Positions 1 through 9,642 of a DNA stretch of 64,000 nt are shown here, in pieces (position 1 is the stretch's first letter; every line of letters starts with the position of its first letter). A model generated the notes under the pieces. The model ran no database searches. It saw only the letters and a list, made by a program, of their open reading frames with translations, and was not told the origin of the DNA. A program made the translations under genes and the position numbers. Source of the stretch: Methanobacteriota archaeon (lineage in GTDB: Archaea; Thermoplasmatota; Thermoplasmata; SG8-5; JAGLSY01); assembly GCA_020696385.1 (NCBI GenBank), contig JAEHCQ010000003.1, forward strand, positions 151,624-215,623, read 5' to 3'.

Positions 1-112
1 TTAATTTTATGTATACTGAGTATTTGATTCTGAGATGTGTATTTCCATGAAATACATGCATCTTTTTTATCTAATACATATTTAATTTTATGTATACTGA
101 GTATTTGATTCT
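1..112. repeat. 31-bp direct repeat (1-31 = 82-112) flanking a hairpin; possible degenerate member of the structured element family
   Basis: TTAATTTTATGTATACTGAGTATTTGATTCT occurs twice; between the copies is AGATG-TGTATTTC-cat-GAAATACA-tg-CATCT. Truncated by the window edge. Confidence 0.6.
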
Positions 113-239
113 TATTTGTTTATTGATTAATGAATATTTAGTGAAAAAGCATATTTACTAATAGCCGATATCAGTCACAAAGATGATCAATACAAGAACT
201 GAACAATTGTATTGATAAACTAAAAATGGAGGGAATACA

Positions 240-473
240 ATGGGAATATTTGACAAAGCAAAAGATGCAACAAAGAAAGGATTGGATAAAGGAGTGGACC
301 TCGGCAAGAAAGGTGTGGACGGAACAAAGGAAGCAGTGAGGAAAAAGACCTGCTCCGAATGCAAGCACTACAATGTCAAGGACGATGTCAGCGGCTCATG
401 CCAGATAGCTGGGGACCGAATGGCATCCGCAGATTCAGCCACATGCCCCCAGAAGGCATTTGAAGCAAAATGA
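240..473 (+). CDS. Small hypothetical protein with amphipathic Lys-rich N-terminus and four-Cys C-terminal motif
   Basis: 77-aa ORF with GGAGG RBS; CSEC-x12-C-x14-C; hairpin after the stop. Confidence 0.7.
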   Translation: MGIFDKAKDATKKGLDKGVDLGKKGVDGTKEAVRKKTCSECKHYNVKDDVSGSCQIAGDRMASADSATCPQKAFEAK

Positions 474-583
474 TACTTGCCATCTGATGGGCAGGATCCG
501 TACAATTAAAAATACCAGGCTTTGAAAGCCTGGTAACTATTTCATTAGTAAATCTTAAATCAACCATTGGCTTACACACCATT

Positions 584-1963
584 GTGAAGCGCATACCAGA
601 TAATGATAGAAAAAGAATATTGGCTGAAATAGAATCACATTCTTTTATGAACGAAGAGGCCAGTATGAACACCAACTATGCCACACCCAGTACAAGCTCG
701 CTTGGGCGCAAGATACAAGAGAACCCGGGTGCGGGTGAACATCGCAGCCCCTTTTCAATAGATCGTGACAGAATACTGTACTCCAAGGCCTTTTTCAGAT
801 TGGCTGGAAAGACGCAGGTCTTCATGTCCCCCCGAAGCCCATTGGTAAGCAATAGAATGACACACACTATGCACGTGGCTCACCTCGCAAGATCTATATC
901 TCGATCATTGAGCTTGAATGAGGATTTAGCCGAAGCTATCGGACTGGGGCATGATATCGGACATCCACCCTTTGGCCATAGAGGGGAGAAGGTACTCGAT
1001 GAATTATGCAAAGAACATGGATGCAAGGGCTTCGAGCATAATGTCCAGAGCGTTCATGTCCTTGAGGTTTTGGAGAAAGATGGAAAGGGACTTAATCTTT
1101 CATGGGAAGTGCTGGATGGTGTCCTTTCACATTGTGGTGAGACCACAGAAAGCGAATTCAGACCCATGGAACTTATCGATGACAAGAAACATGAGGATTC
1201 AATGAGCCCAGCAACCCTTGAAGGATGCCTGGTCAAGATCTGTGACAGGATCGCATATGCCAGAAAAGATATAGAGGATGCGGCCAAAGCTGGCATAATC
1301 AAGGAAGAGGACATCCCAAAAGAGATCACGGATGTTCTCGGTACAACGAATGGCCAGATAATCGATACACTTGTCAAGGATATCATTGTTAATTTCAGAT
1401 GGGATAAAGAGCAATTCATTTCGGAGAATGGCAGAGATCCTGCCAGGCATGAGATATCCATCAAACTGAGCTGGCCAGTCAAAGACGCTCTCAATTCACT
1501 TGTCCATGATTTCAATTATCCCAGAATATACATGAATCCGGAGAATCTAAGATATGAGAATCAGACGGAGAACATGCTCAGGAAGATGTTCTATTCCTTC
1601 ATGGAAGAGCTGGAGTCCCTGGAGATACCAAAGACCATACAGGCCAGCCTTATGGATTTTCATGGTAAAATGGCATCAGATAATGGCATAAACATCGAGC
1701 ATACCAACCTGAAGGAGCTGGAGAAGGATATTGATGGCGACCAGGATAATATAAGGAAATTAAAACTCATCATTATCCGCGAGAATATCAAGCAGGATAA
1801 TGGCAAGATCAATTCCATATTGCCATTCCTTTCAGAGATGAACGATGATTATATTATGAATTCCAGCATCGTGATAATGGTAAGAGATTATATCGCATTG
1901 ATGACGGACACCATGGCCATGAACGTCTTCGAGGCCATGACCATACCCAGACCTTTGGTATAG
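584..1963 (+). CDS. dgt: dGTP triphosphohydrolase-like HD-domain protein
   Basis: RSPFSIDRDRILYSKAFFRLAGKTQVF, NRMTHTMHV, LGHDIGHPPFGHRGE, FEHNVQS, DRIAY and VRDYIALMTD motifs; start codon uncertain. Confidence 0.9.
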   Translation: MKRIPDNDRKRILAEIESHSFMNEEASMNTNYATPSTSSLGRKIQENPGAGEHRSPFSIDRDRILYSKAFFRLAGKTQVFMSPRSPLVSNRMTHTMHVAHLARSISRSLSLNEDLAEAIGLGHDIGHPPFGHRGEKVLDELCKEHGCKGFEHNVQSVHVLEVLEKDGKGLNLSWEVLDGVLSHCGETTESEFRPMELIDDKKHEDSMSPATLEGCLVKICDRIAYARKDIEDAAKAGIIKEEDIPKEITDVLGTTNGQIIDTLVKDIIVNFRWDKEQFISENGRDPARHEISIKLSWPVKDALNSLVHDFNYPRIYMNPENLRYENQTENMLRKMFYSFMEELESLEIPKTIQASLMDFHGKMASDNGINIEHTNLKELEKDIDGDQDNIRKLKLIIIRENIKQDNGKINSILPFLSEMNDDYIMNSSIVIMVRDYIALMTDTMAMNVFEAMTIPRPLV

Positions 1964-1993
1964 GCAAATAGTATGAGCCAGTACAAGAGTGGC

Positions 1994-2422
1994 TCATGTC
2001 ATCTCGATCCCCATTACAATGAGCACAGTGATGACGATGGCATAGACAACTATGCTTATGGTTGAATATGAAATAAGTTTTCTTTCATCCATTTGGAACA
2101 TCTTCATAGTGATCATCATGGTCCATATTCCAGTCCAGGGAGTTCCGAGCAGAATGAACCAGATGCCATATTTATCAACTCTGCTCTTCAATTTCTCGGA
2201 TGTGAGTTTTGAGAGCCAGCCATTCACTCGCTCATTCTTGATCGCTTGAGAATACAGATAATTAATTAAGAAGATAGGAACACAATTACCAAAGGCCGAC
2301 CAGAATATGATCGACATAGGATCCAATCCCAAAGCGAAGCCTGCTGGAACAGCCAGATATATTTCAAAATAGGGAAAAAAGCCAATGAACCATACGGTCA
2401 ATGCTTTTACCAGGTAATCCAT
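1994..2422 (-). CDS. Small multi-drug export family membrane protein (COG2426-like)
   Basis: PYFEIYLAVPAG, GN..P and KYG...PWTGIW motifs; about 4 TM helices. Confidence 0.75.
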   Translation of the reverse strand: MDYLVKALTVWFIGFFPYFEIYLAVPAGFALGLDPMSIIFWSAFGNCVPIFLINYLYSQAIKNERVNGWLSKLTSEKLKSRVDKYGIWFILLGTPWTGIWTMMITMKMFQMDERKLISYSTISIVVYAIVITVLIVMGIEMT

Positions 2423-2442
2423 TTAATCATCTCCGGAGAAGT

Positions 2443-3021
2443 CTACTCTCCAGTATACTTCTCCGCAAATACTTTCCCCGCGACCCTTGCCTTTTTATTA
2501 GGCAAGGTTTCCATCGGATGACCAACTGGCAATATGACCTCGGCTTTGAAATACTGAGGCATGTCAAGCAGTTGATTGAGGAAGCCTGTATCTGAAGGAG
2601 TGTAAGTGACCGTGCCCAATCCTTCATTCTCTATAGCCAAAAGAACATAAGCGATGGAAAGCCAAGTGGATTCTCTCCAATATGGCTTTCTGGTATCCCC
2701 AGCAATAATAAGAAGCATGGGGGCCTTGGTGAGGAACTCTTTCTTGTGATCTATGCCTTTGGCATCGAACCATTTCTTCAATTTTGGATCACAATTCTCA
2801 TGGAATTTTCTATCTGCTTCTTCCGAAGCCTTGCGTATCTTGGCCCTTGTATCCGGGTCAAGGACCTTGATGATGATGAAAGGAAGCTTATCAGCACCAG
2901 ATGGACAAAGAGTACTGGCTTGCATTATCCTTTCAAGGCTTTCAGAAGACACTTCCCCGTCGGTGAAGTCCCTGATAGTACGCCTTCTGCTCATCAACTC
3001 TAATAGATCTTCGGGGGTCAT
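2443..3021 (-). CDS. Nitroreductase family flavoprotein (iodotyrosine deiodinase-like branch)
   Basis: RRTIRDF, PSGA, GLGTVTYTP and ILPVGHP motifs. Confidence 0.85.
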   Translation of the reverse strand: MTPEDLLELMSRRRTIRDFTDGEVSSESLERIMQASTLCPSGADKLPFIIIKVLDPDTRAKIRKASEEADRKFHENCDPKLKKWFDAKGIDHKKEFLTKAPMLLIIAGDTRKPYWRESTWLSIAYVLLAIENEGLGTVTYTPSDTGFLNQLLDMPQYFKAEVILPVGHPMETLPNKKARVAGKVFAEKYTGE

Positions 3022-3025
3022 GTCA

Positions 3026-3553
3026 TCATTCCCATGTTATTTCATAAGTGCAGGTAGGTTCATCATCCAATTCGATGCAGGTTATATCCACATCACCGGT
3101 GTTGCCAGTCAATTCCAGAACCGCCTGTAATCGCCCCTTGTAAAATTCATACCAGATCATGTCATTGGGCCATTCTCTCAAAATTATGGTCACCTTTTTA
3201 TCTCCGATGGCCGAGGCCTCGAATCTACCACCACGGTATTGGCCATCCTGTCTCTTTGTGCTGGTGAATATATCTTTGGGATCCTTGCCCTTGAAGAGCA
3301 TCTGCCATCTGAAATCGAACTTCATGATATCATGGCCTATGCGACTGGCTATGCCTTCTGAGCCATCACCAAAAGCATCATCTATTTTTGAGATTAGAGA
3401 AAGGAAATCAGAGATAGGATACCATTTTTCGATCAGGTATCCTGCAGGATCTACACCGATCTTGTCCAGACTACCTTTACCTCTTTTATTTGATACGTGG
3501 TCTAGAACTTTGAGGATCAGATCTCCCTTCACCATGGCTTCGGACATCATCAT
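3026..3553 (-). CDS. Hypothetical protein, possible V4R/H-NOX-like fold
   Basis: VKG, KWYP and C-terminal CTYEITW patterns; start placed at the Met cluster near 3547-3553. Confidence 0.55.
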   Translation of the reverse strand: MMMSEAMVKGDLILKVLDHVSNKRGKGSLDKIGVDPAGYLIEKWYPISDFLSLISKIDDAFGDGSEGIASRIGHDIMKFDFRWQMLFKGKDPKDIFTSTKRQDGQYRGGRFEASAIGDKKVTIILREWPNDMIWYEFYKGRLQAVLELTGNTGDVDITCIELDDEPTCTYEITWE

Positions 3554-3658
3554 GACCATAGACTGATTATTTATTATGTTTTCCCATGAACAGAGAGACT
3601 TATTGTCCCTTATGCGCCATTCACTCGAAATCCATTTATATACAACCACTCATATGAA

Positions 3659-4330
3659 GTGATGATGATAATCCCGATGGAAGATCTGGTTAACATATAT
3701 TTGCCAAAGATACTGTTGGCAATATTTTGCGGTAGCCTGATCGGCCTGGAAAGAGAACTAAAGGAAAAGCCAGCAGGCATCAAGACCTACATGCTGATCT
3801 GTACTGGAGCTACACTTTTCACAATCATCAGCATAGCATTCACGGATTATTTCGCTTATTCAAATGAGCCAAGCAGGGTTGCCGCTCAGATAATCACCGG
3901 AGTGGGATTCATCGGTGCTGGAACCATCATGTTCGCCAAAGGCCATGTTAGAGGTCTTACGTCCGCTGCCGCCATATGGATGTCTGCCGCGATTGGAATG
4001 GCCATTGGGATCGGCATGCACATGTTCGCCATCATCGTTACCGTGATCATCATATTGACCCTCGTCGCTTTGGGGAAACTGGAGGGGCAGCTGGGCCTGA
4101 AGGGAAAGAGGACCACGACCATTCTTCTGGAACTTTCAGATCCAGAAGAACTAAAAAAGGTCAGAGCTCTTGCCAATAGATCCCGTGGAAGCTGCACGAT
4201 CGTGGGGCTGGACAGGAAAGATGACTATTGCAAGATACGCATGACCTGCACTCTTACAGTGAAGGAAATGAACAGACTCCAGGTCTCGATCCAGGAATTG
4301 AAAGGAAATATCTCTTTCAAGCTGGAGTGA
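3659..4330 (+). CDS. MgtC/SapB family membrane protein
   Basis: IGLERE..KPAGIKT, RVAAQIITGVGFIGAG and GLTSAAAIW motifs. Confidence 0.92.
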   Translation: MMMIIPMEDLVNIYLPKILLAIFCGSLIGLERELKEKPAGIKTYMLICTGATLFTIISIAFTDYFAYSNEPSRVAAQIITGVGFIGAGTIMFAKGHVRGLTSAAAIWMSAAIGMAIGIGMHMFAIIVTVIIILTLVALGKLEGQLGLKGKRTTTILLELSDPEELKKVRALANRSRGSCTIVGLDRKDDYCKIRMTCTLTVKEMNRLQVSIQELKGNISFKLE

Positions 4331-4385
4331 GAATAATTTTAATTCAGAGAATTTCTTGATTTAACTTATTATAATAAAGAAAACT

Positions 4386-5339
4386 TTAGGTCTTTCTCTT
4401 CCAAAGCTTCGGGTACGTGCCAGGCGCCATGAATATCCGTTTGATATCAACAGCAACTCCCTTTTCACCACTGATCATATCCTTGGACCTCTTCTTGGCA
4501 ATTCCAAGTCCTATTGCTTCTCCCTTCTGCGTGAATAAAGCGACAAGGCTGCCTTTCTTGGCCATTCCTTCCACCCTTACGACTCCAGGCAATGCCAGGT
4601 TCGCACCATGGCATACCGCGTCCACAGCGGAGTCCTTGACAGTTATCCTTGGGAGATCATCGAAGAGCTTTTCCATCGGCATGACGAGCTTTCTTATGAT
4701 TGACTCATCACCAGTCTCCTTATAGATCTCGAAAGCATCTTTCAATTCATGCAATCGGTATAATTGTGATTCGTGGAAATGACCGCTCCTGGTCCTTCTC
4801 AATTCCAGCATGTGACCGCCCACACCCAGCACTTCGCCTATGTCCGTGCATAATGTGCGTATGTAGGTTCCGGGATCGCATTCGACCCTGAATAAGACAT
4901 TTCGACCATCCACTTCCAGAATATCGAGTGAATGGATCTTTCGAATACGCAGTTCTCGCTTAACAGCCGCGCGAACAGGTGGTGTCTGGTAGATGTCACC
5001 GATGAATTCCTTGAAAACCTTCTCGATCTTTCCCCTTTGGGAATTTCCGTGAAGCCTGAGAACCGCGACATATTCCTTCGTGCCCTCAAGCAGAACATCC
5101 AGTGCCCTGGTCGCATCCCCGAACACGATGGGAAGCACACCACTGACATTCGGGTCTAATGTTCCCGAATGGCCAGCCTTGTTTAATCCCGCAATGCCCT
5201 TCACCCAGGCAGATACCTGGTGGGAAGTCGGGCCCCTTGGCTTATCGATGAGGACCATACCAAGGCGCAAATAATGCTCAAGCTCCCTTTGCTCAGGCTC
5301 TACACCGTGTGCGCTGGCTGATAGGCTGGAATCAGACAT
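4386..5339 (-). CDS. cbf5: RNA-guided/tRNA pseudouridine synthase Cbf5 (archaeal TruB)
   Basis: DKPRGPTSHQV, GHSGTLDP, GTYIRTLC motifs and a C-terminal PUA domain (KDSAVDAVCHGA). Confidence 0.96.
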   Translation of the reverse strand: MSDSSLSASAHGVEPEQRELEHYLRLGMVLIDKPRGPTSHQVSAWVKGIAGLNKAGHSGTLDPNVSGVLPIVFGDATRALDVLLEGTKEYVAVLRLHGNSQRGKIEKVFKEFIGDIYQTPPVRAAVKRELRIRKIHSLDILEVDGRNVLFRVECDPGTYIRTLCTDIGEVLGVGGHMLELRRTRSGHFHESQLYRLHELKDAFEIYKETGDESIIRKLVMPMEKLFDDLPRITVKDSAVDAVCHGANLALPGVVRVEGMAKKGSLVALFTQKGEAIGLGIAKKRSKDMISGEKGVAVDIKRIFMAPGTYPKLWKRKT

Positions 5340-5856
5340 TGTTCATCCCTCCAATTATAGAATCGACGATCTCGTCGGGTGTCTGATTATCCGAGTGAAC
5401 GACCATGTCATAAACTGCCAGGTCATAGGAATCGATCTTGTAAACATTCATGTATCTCTCATGCTCGCATTCCGCTCTCTCGATGGTCTCCTTCATGACC
5501 ACTTCAATATCCTTGGATTCGCGACCTGCGATCCTCTGGCTGCGGGTCTGGATGGAAGCGTCTATCCATATCTTGAATGCTTTGATACCATTAAGATGAA
5601 GCATGTGGCCTGCCAGTCTTCCCTCGATGATGACATCACCCTTGGCATAAGTCAGAACACGGCGATCCAGTTCCTTATCGATCTCCGGATCTTCAAGAGC
5701 CAATGCTCCGAAATCAGCAAGGTTCATGCCTTTTGCCTCGGCCATTTCTCTAAATATGATGCCCGTGGTGATAAGTTCATAACCCAGCTTATCTGCTAGA
5801 AGTCTGGCGGCAGTTGTTTTGCCACTTCCCGGGGGACCACTGATGGTGATGATCAT
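5332..5856 (-). CDS. cmk: Cytidylate kinase (archaeal type)
   Basis: ITISGPPGSGKTT, IDKELD and EGRLAG motifs; adjacent to cbf5. Confidence 0.93.
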   Translation of the reverse strand: MIITISGPPGSGKTTAARLLADKLGYELITTGIIFREMAEAKGMNLADFGALALEDPEIDKELDRRVLTYAKGDVIIEGRLAGHMLHLNGIKAFKIWIDASIQTRSQRIAGRESKDIEVVMKETIERAECEHERYMNVYKIDSYDLAVYDMVVHSDNQTPDEIVDSIIGGMNNV

Positions 5857-6530
5857 TCACCGACCACGTCCAATTCTTTCAATCTATTGGAAAAGGTGAT
5901 GTACTTGAGAATTCTCTGAAGTACCTGGCCAAATGATAATGAGACCATCATATAGACGAATATCCAGTTCTCGAACCCACACATTGGTGATGTGGCAAAA
6001 TTGGAATCATAGTGCCAGGGTATGGAGAACATCGTGCTGGGAAGTCCATGTACGAAGACTCCCAGATAAGTGAATGTACCAATAATGAATATCATGGTGA
6101 AGGCCATTGGCTTCATCTGTGACATCGATGATTGCATATTGAGTTGCATTATTTCGGGCTGCTTTTTCAGAAGTTCGGCTGTCTTTCTCTCATTCTTTGC
6201 CATTCTGGCATCCCGGAGTTCTTTATTGAAATCTCTCATGATGGATTGATTGCGCGCGGCATCTATCCAGTCGATGAAATAGTGTCTGATGCCAGTGGAC
6301 ATGATGACCATCATGAATCCCGCCAGGAACAGTGTCATGACCGGAAATTTATATTCAAATCCGATAATGGGATCCAATATCACCTTGGCTATCTCTCCAA
6401 CAGCATTACGCATTGATGGAATGAACATTATGAACATGGTCATGAACATCATCATGAACATCATCATCTGACCACTGGATTGTGGTGCCGGTGTTGGATT
6501 CACACCTGCTGAGGGTATACCTTCACTCAT
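5853..6530 (-). CDS. DUF106 / EMC3-TMCO1 (Oxa1 superfamily) membrane protein
   Basis: Three TM helices plus a Met/Gln-rich coiled coil, MKPMAFT and W...Y motifs; conserved position upstream of cmk. Confidence 0.85.
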   Translation of the reverse strand: MSEGIPSAGVNPTPAPQSSGQMMMFMMMFMTMFIMFIPSMRNAVGEIAKVILDPIIGFEYKFPVMTLFLAGFMMVIMSTGIRHYFIDWIDAARNQSIMRDFNKELRDARMAKNERKTAELLKKQPEIMQLNMQSSMSQMKPMAFTMIFIIGTFTYLGVFVHGLPSTMFSIPWHYDSNFATSPMCGFENWIFVYMMVSLSFGQVLQRILKYITFSNRLKELDVVGE

Positions 6531-6615
6531 ATTGAATCTCCTTCGTCGTCAATCGTGGGATTGTATAATAACTTAATTGTTATTGTATAGGATAGGTAAT
6601 TATAAGCGGGCATTA

Positions 6616-7575
6616 TCAGCCACCATCCTTCTTAACGAGATATGCCAGTGTTTTCTCCGAGCAGATATTCAGTATGGCCTCGGATTCTCCGGATCCTGTC
6701 AGACCAGCCGCGCCATCATGACCGCCACTCTCGGCTCCGATCTCTTCCGCGATGTCCCTTAGCATATGGCCCAGGTGTAAGCCGATGTCCAGGGCTCTGC
6801 GGTTCGCCCTGGCTGTGATCCGATACTTCATCTTATCCTGCGAGGCGACAAAGCTCACATCAGCCCCCAGGTTTATCAGGCCGCGTGCGACATTTGATTC
6901 GAATGAGCTGACCTGGCTCGAGGCCACGACCCAGGTTCCTTTTCTGAGATACTTCAAGCGCTGGCCTCCCTTTAATTTGGAAATGCGCTGGGATACCTCA
7001 TCACCAGCTTCCATGTAGAACATTGAAAAGGCCTTTTCCATGCTGATATTGGAAGCATCCAATACCTGGCCTGCATAGTTCAATGTGGTAGGGCTCGCAT
7101 GATGGAAATTACCGGAATCTCCGATCATTCCGGTTAGAAGTGCCAGAGCGATATCATCTCCAATATCCTTGTTCTTTCCAAGATGGCAAAGAAGTGACCA
7201 GACGATCTCGCATGTGGATACCGCCTTCTCATCTATCAGGGATGCGAGGAACTTCTTGTTCTCGGAGCCGGGATGATGATCAATTACAAGTGCCTGGGTC
7301 CAGTCAAAACCGGGCAATTGTAACATGGCATCCGAGTGGGAGTCCACAACAATGATATTATCATAGTTTCCTAATTCCGCATTATTCAAAATATCCATGT
7401 TCAATTCTTTCAGCAGTTTTTTTCCAACACGGCTCACACCAGAAGGTGCGTACAAGAAAGAATCTGGAAATGATAATGCAATTGCGATCCCGGAGCCAAT
7501 TGCATCTGCATCGGCATTGGAATGAACTAATATCAGGTTAGAACCACTTGAAAGTATCCGGGATATATCTTCCAT
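6616..7575 (-). CDS. DHH family phosphoesterase (DHH + DHHA1)
   Basis: HSNADADA, VVDS, IDHH, DSG and GGHDGAAG motifs; start at MEDIS after AGAGG. Confidence 0.9.
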   Translation of the reverse strand: MEDISRILSSGSNLILVHSNADADAIGSGIAIALSFPDSFLYAPSGVSRVGKKLLKELNMDILNNAELGNYDNIIVVDSHSDAMLQLPGFDWTQALVIDHHPGSENKKFLASLIDEKAVSTCEIVWSLLCHLGKNKDIGDDIALALLTGMIGDSGNFHHASPTTLNYAGQVLDASNISMEKAFSMFYMEAGDEVSQRISKLKGGQRLKYLRKGTWVVASSQVSSFESNVARGLINLGADVSFVASQDKMKYRITARANRRALDIGLHLGHMLRDIAEEIGAESGGHDGAAGLTGSGESEAILNICSEKTLAYLVKKDGG

Positions 7576-7630
7576 TGCTTTACCTCTAATAATGGCTGGT
7601 ATGGCTAGGAACTGGATAGGTGATAGATCA

Positions 7631-7990
7631 TCAGTTCTCGGGTGCTTCCTGACCACCCTGCAAGGCCTTGGTCAGTTCTTCCTGAAGGGAGTCGAAGCTT
7701 TCCTTCATGGTCTTTTCCTGCTTTGCCAGGCTCTTGACCCTGATCTCCACTGTCTCCTTCTGCTCTTCCAGCTCGGCGACCAGTGCGTCTTTGTCATCCT
7801 TTTTCACCAGCAGGCTTCCAATGCTCTTGTATATTGGAGTTCCTTTCTCCAATTCCTTGAGCTCATCCAGTGTCTTGTCAAGCTCCGCGGCCTGCATTTC
7901 CATCTGGTATTTCTGACTGCCTATCATCTGCACTTGCTGTTGTAATTGCTGGTACTGGAATAATTTTCCCTGTATTTCCTCATTCATCAT
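7631..7990 (-). CDS. pfdB: Prefoldin subunit beta
   Basis: Gln-rich coiled coils around IYKSIGSLLVK; located between pcc1 and the DHH gene. Confidence 0.95.
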   Translation of the reverse strand: MMNEEIQGKLFQYQQLQQQVQMIGSQKYQMEMQAAELDKTLDELKELEKGTPIYKSIGSLLVKKDDKDALVAELEEQKETVEIRVKSLAKQEKTMKESFDSLQEELTKALQGGQEAPEN

Positions 7991-8225
7991 CAAACCCTCC
8001 AATGATATTATTGGTCTCTGTTGCGATCCTCAGCCATCTCAAATAAGAATTCAAGGCCGCTCTTAGAGAGCTCACATCTTCAGCAGCTATTTTAATCTTT
8101 AGGCTGTCAATCCCGATATCCACCTCCATGCTTGTCTTTGCCAGGTCCTCCGTGACCTCCGGACTAAGACAGCTTGCCAGTTCCTGTGGATTCGAAATAT
8201 CCGATATTACGATCTCCGCTCTCAT
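7980..8225 (-). CDS. pcc1: KEOPS complex subunit Pcc1
   Basis: LSPE...I.AEDVSSLRAALNSYLRW signature. Confidence 0.9.
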   Translation of the reverse strand: MRAEIVISDISNPQELASCLSPEVTEDLAKTSMEVDIGIDSLKIKIAAEDVSSLRAALNSYLRWLRIATETNNIIGGFDDE

Positions 8226-8306
8226 TAGGCATGGGAAGTTGTAGGATATATTTATTTAATGCCATTCCATTTATGTTCTGTAGAGTTAGGTATCGGGGTG
8301 AAGTAA

Positions 8307-9047
8307 ATGGTTCATGATAGGAAGGAAACAAAAATTGTGCCAGATGGTTTGATATTGATGGTAGTCTCAGGATTCTTTTCAAAAAAGAAGAAAAAGAAAG
8401 ATAAGAAAAGAAGGCCGGAACCGCAGAGAATGGCTCCAAAGAAAGTGGAGCCAGTGAGAGCTGGTGGTGTCGTGGCAGCTGAGGAGCCAGAGGCCATTAA
8501 GATAAAGGTCACTGAAGAGGTCGCACCAGTGGATCCGGTAGAGCCCGTAGAACCTGTTGAACCAATGGAACCGATTACTCCTATTGAACCGGTAGAGCCA
8601 GTGGATCCGGTAGAGCCAGTGGAACCTGCTCCAACAGAGGCAATAACACCAGTCGAACCTGCGCCTATCGAAGCGGTTGCTCCACAAGAGACCGCCCTGG
8701 TGGATCAAGACTTGCCTAAAGAAGAGAGCTTGGTAGATCCAGGCCCACCAAAGGAAGAAGCATTGGCCGAGCCTGTTGCTCCGGTTACTCCGATTGAGCC
8801 TCAAATAACAGAGCCAGCACCAGCGCCACCACCAATGGCACCAGCGGAGCCACCTCAGGAAGAAGCTCCGATTGAGGAAGCCAGTACCGAGGCAGAGGTC
8901 GATGCAGGGGACGGCATCACGTTCGCTCTTGAGACATCGGAAACCGAAAAAGATCAGCCAGATGATGAAGAAGAGGAAGGCGAGAAGAAAGAGAAGAAAG
9001 ATGAAAAGCTCGAGGAGATAGAGATCGAGCTGTTCACCTCGGATTAG
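8307..9047 (+). CDS. Pro/Glu/Val-rich low-complexity hypothetical protein
   Basis: GGGGTGA RBS; poly-Lys patch, (PVE)n repeats and an acidic tail. Confidence 0.65.
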   Translation: MVHDRKETKIVPDGLILMVVSGFFSKKKKKKDKKRRPEPQRMAPKKVEPVRAGGVVAAEEPEAIKIKVTEEVAPVDPVEPVEPVEPMEPITPIEPVEPVDPVEPVEPAPTEAITPVEPAPIEAVAPQETALVDQDLPKEESLVDPGPPKEEALAEPVAPVTPIEPQITEPAPAPPPMAPAEPPQEEAPIEEASTEAEVDAGDGITFALETSETEKDQPDDEEEEGEKKEKKDEKLEEIEIELFTSD

Positions 9048-9083
9048 TTATGATAGCTTCATCAATTCAGGCTAATTCCTTAT

Positions 9084-9431
9084 ATGAGATTTCTGTATCC
9101 ATCTAACCGAAGGTTATGGTCTATGGCAGGTGTATCATTCAATAGGATCATGGGTATCTGCATCATACTGTCAGGTGCCGGGACATTGATACTGGGCGCG
9201 GTTTATCCTGAAATCATAAGGGACATATACTGGACAAGTACAAACCTCGGCCCCATGGTCACCGCACTGGGGGTCTTTCTTTTCATAATCGGGATATTGA
9301 CATACCTCAATGATGGCAGTAAAGAAGGCTCTGGAGATGATATGCTGAACATCATCTCTCTGGGTGAACAAAACACTGGCAGTTCATATGAAGGTAATCA
9401 GGATGATCAAAACTTGAATGGCGAAACATAA
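9084..9431 (+). CDS. Small two-TM hypothetical membrane protein
   Basis: Two hydrophobic helices; its last codons overlap the displaced pckG tail copy. The start may be 9123. Confidence 0.6.
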   Translation: MRFLYPSNRRLWSMAGVSFNRIMGICIILSGAGTLILGAVYPEIIRDIYWTSTNLGPMVTALGVFLFIIGILTYLNDGSKEGSGDDMLNIISLGEQNTGSSYEGNQDDQNLNGET

Positions 9432-9455
9432 TTCCCATATCGGTCTTGTGCGTCC
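9407..9455 (-). repeat. Displaced copy of the pckG 3' end (matches 9643-9691)
   Basis: 46/49 identical; the three differences (TTC/TTT, AAA/AAG, CAG/CAA) are all synonymous; encodes DAQDRYGNYVSPFKF*. Confidence 0.92.
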
Positions 9456-9642
9456 GTAAGCCTTTTCTTTTACCCTCGCTCCTCTGGCTCACCCTCCAAA
9501 AGAACAAGTATTCCAATATCGACCAAACAAGTTTGGAAAATAGATGCGCGAAAACACGCATCTAAAAAAGAAAACTCGGGTGAGCCTGCTCGCTCGGGGC
9601 TATTACTAAAGATTATATGCTGAAACTCTCACCTAGTATCAA
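9456..9642 (-). mobile_element. Structured non-coding tail-associated element, copy E1 (core 9473-9599)
   Basis: On the gene strand: CCCCGAGCGAGCAGGCTCACCC...GGGTGAGCCAGAGGAGCGAGGG with internal AGATGCG/CGCATCT and CCAAAC/GTTTGG hairpins; homologous to the 23.8 and 48.2 kb copies. Mobility is inferred. Confidence 0.65.

Noticed and set aside
4386-6530. DUF106-cmk-cbf5 lacking the intervening L34e/L14e genes
   Set aside because: Loss of these ribosomal proteins is known in several euryarchaeal lineages, so it is not unusual here.
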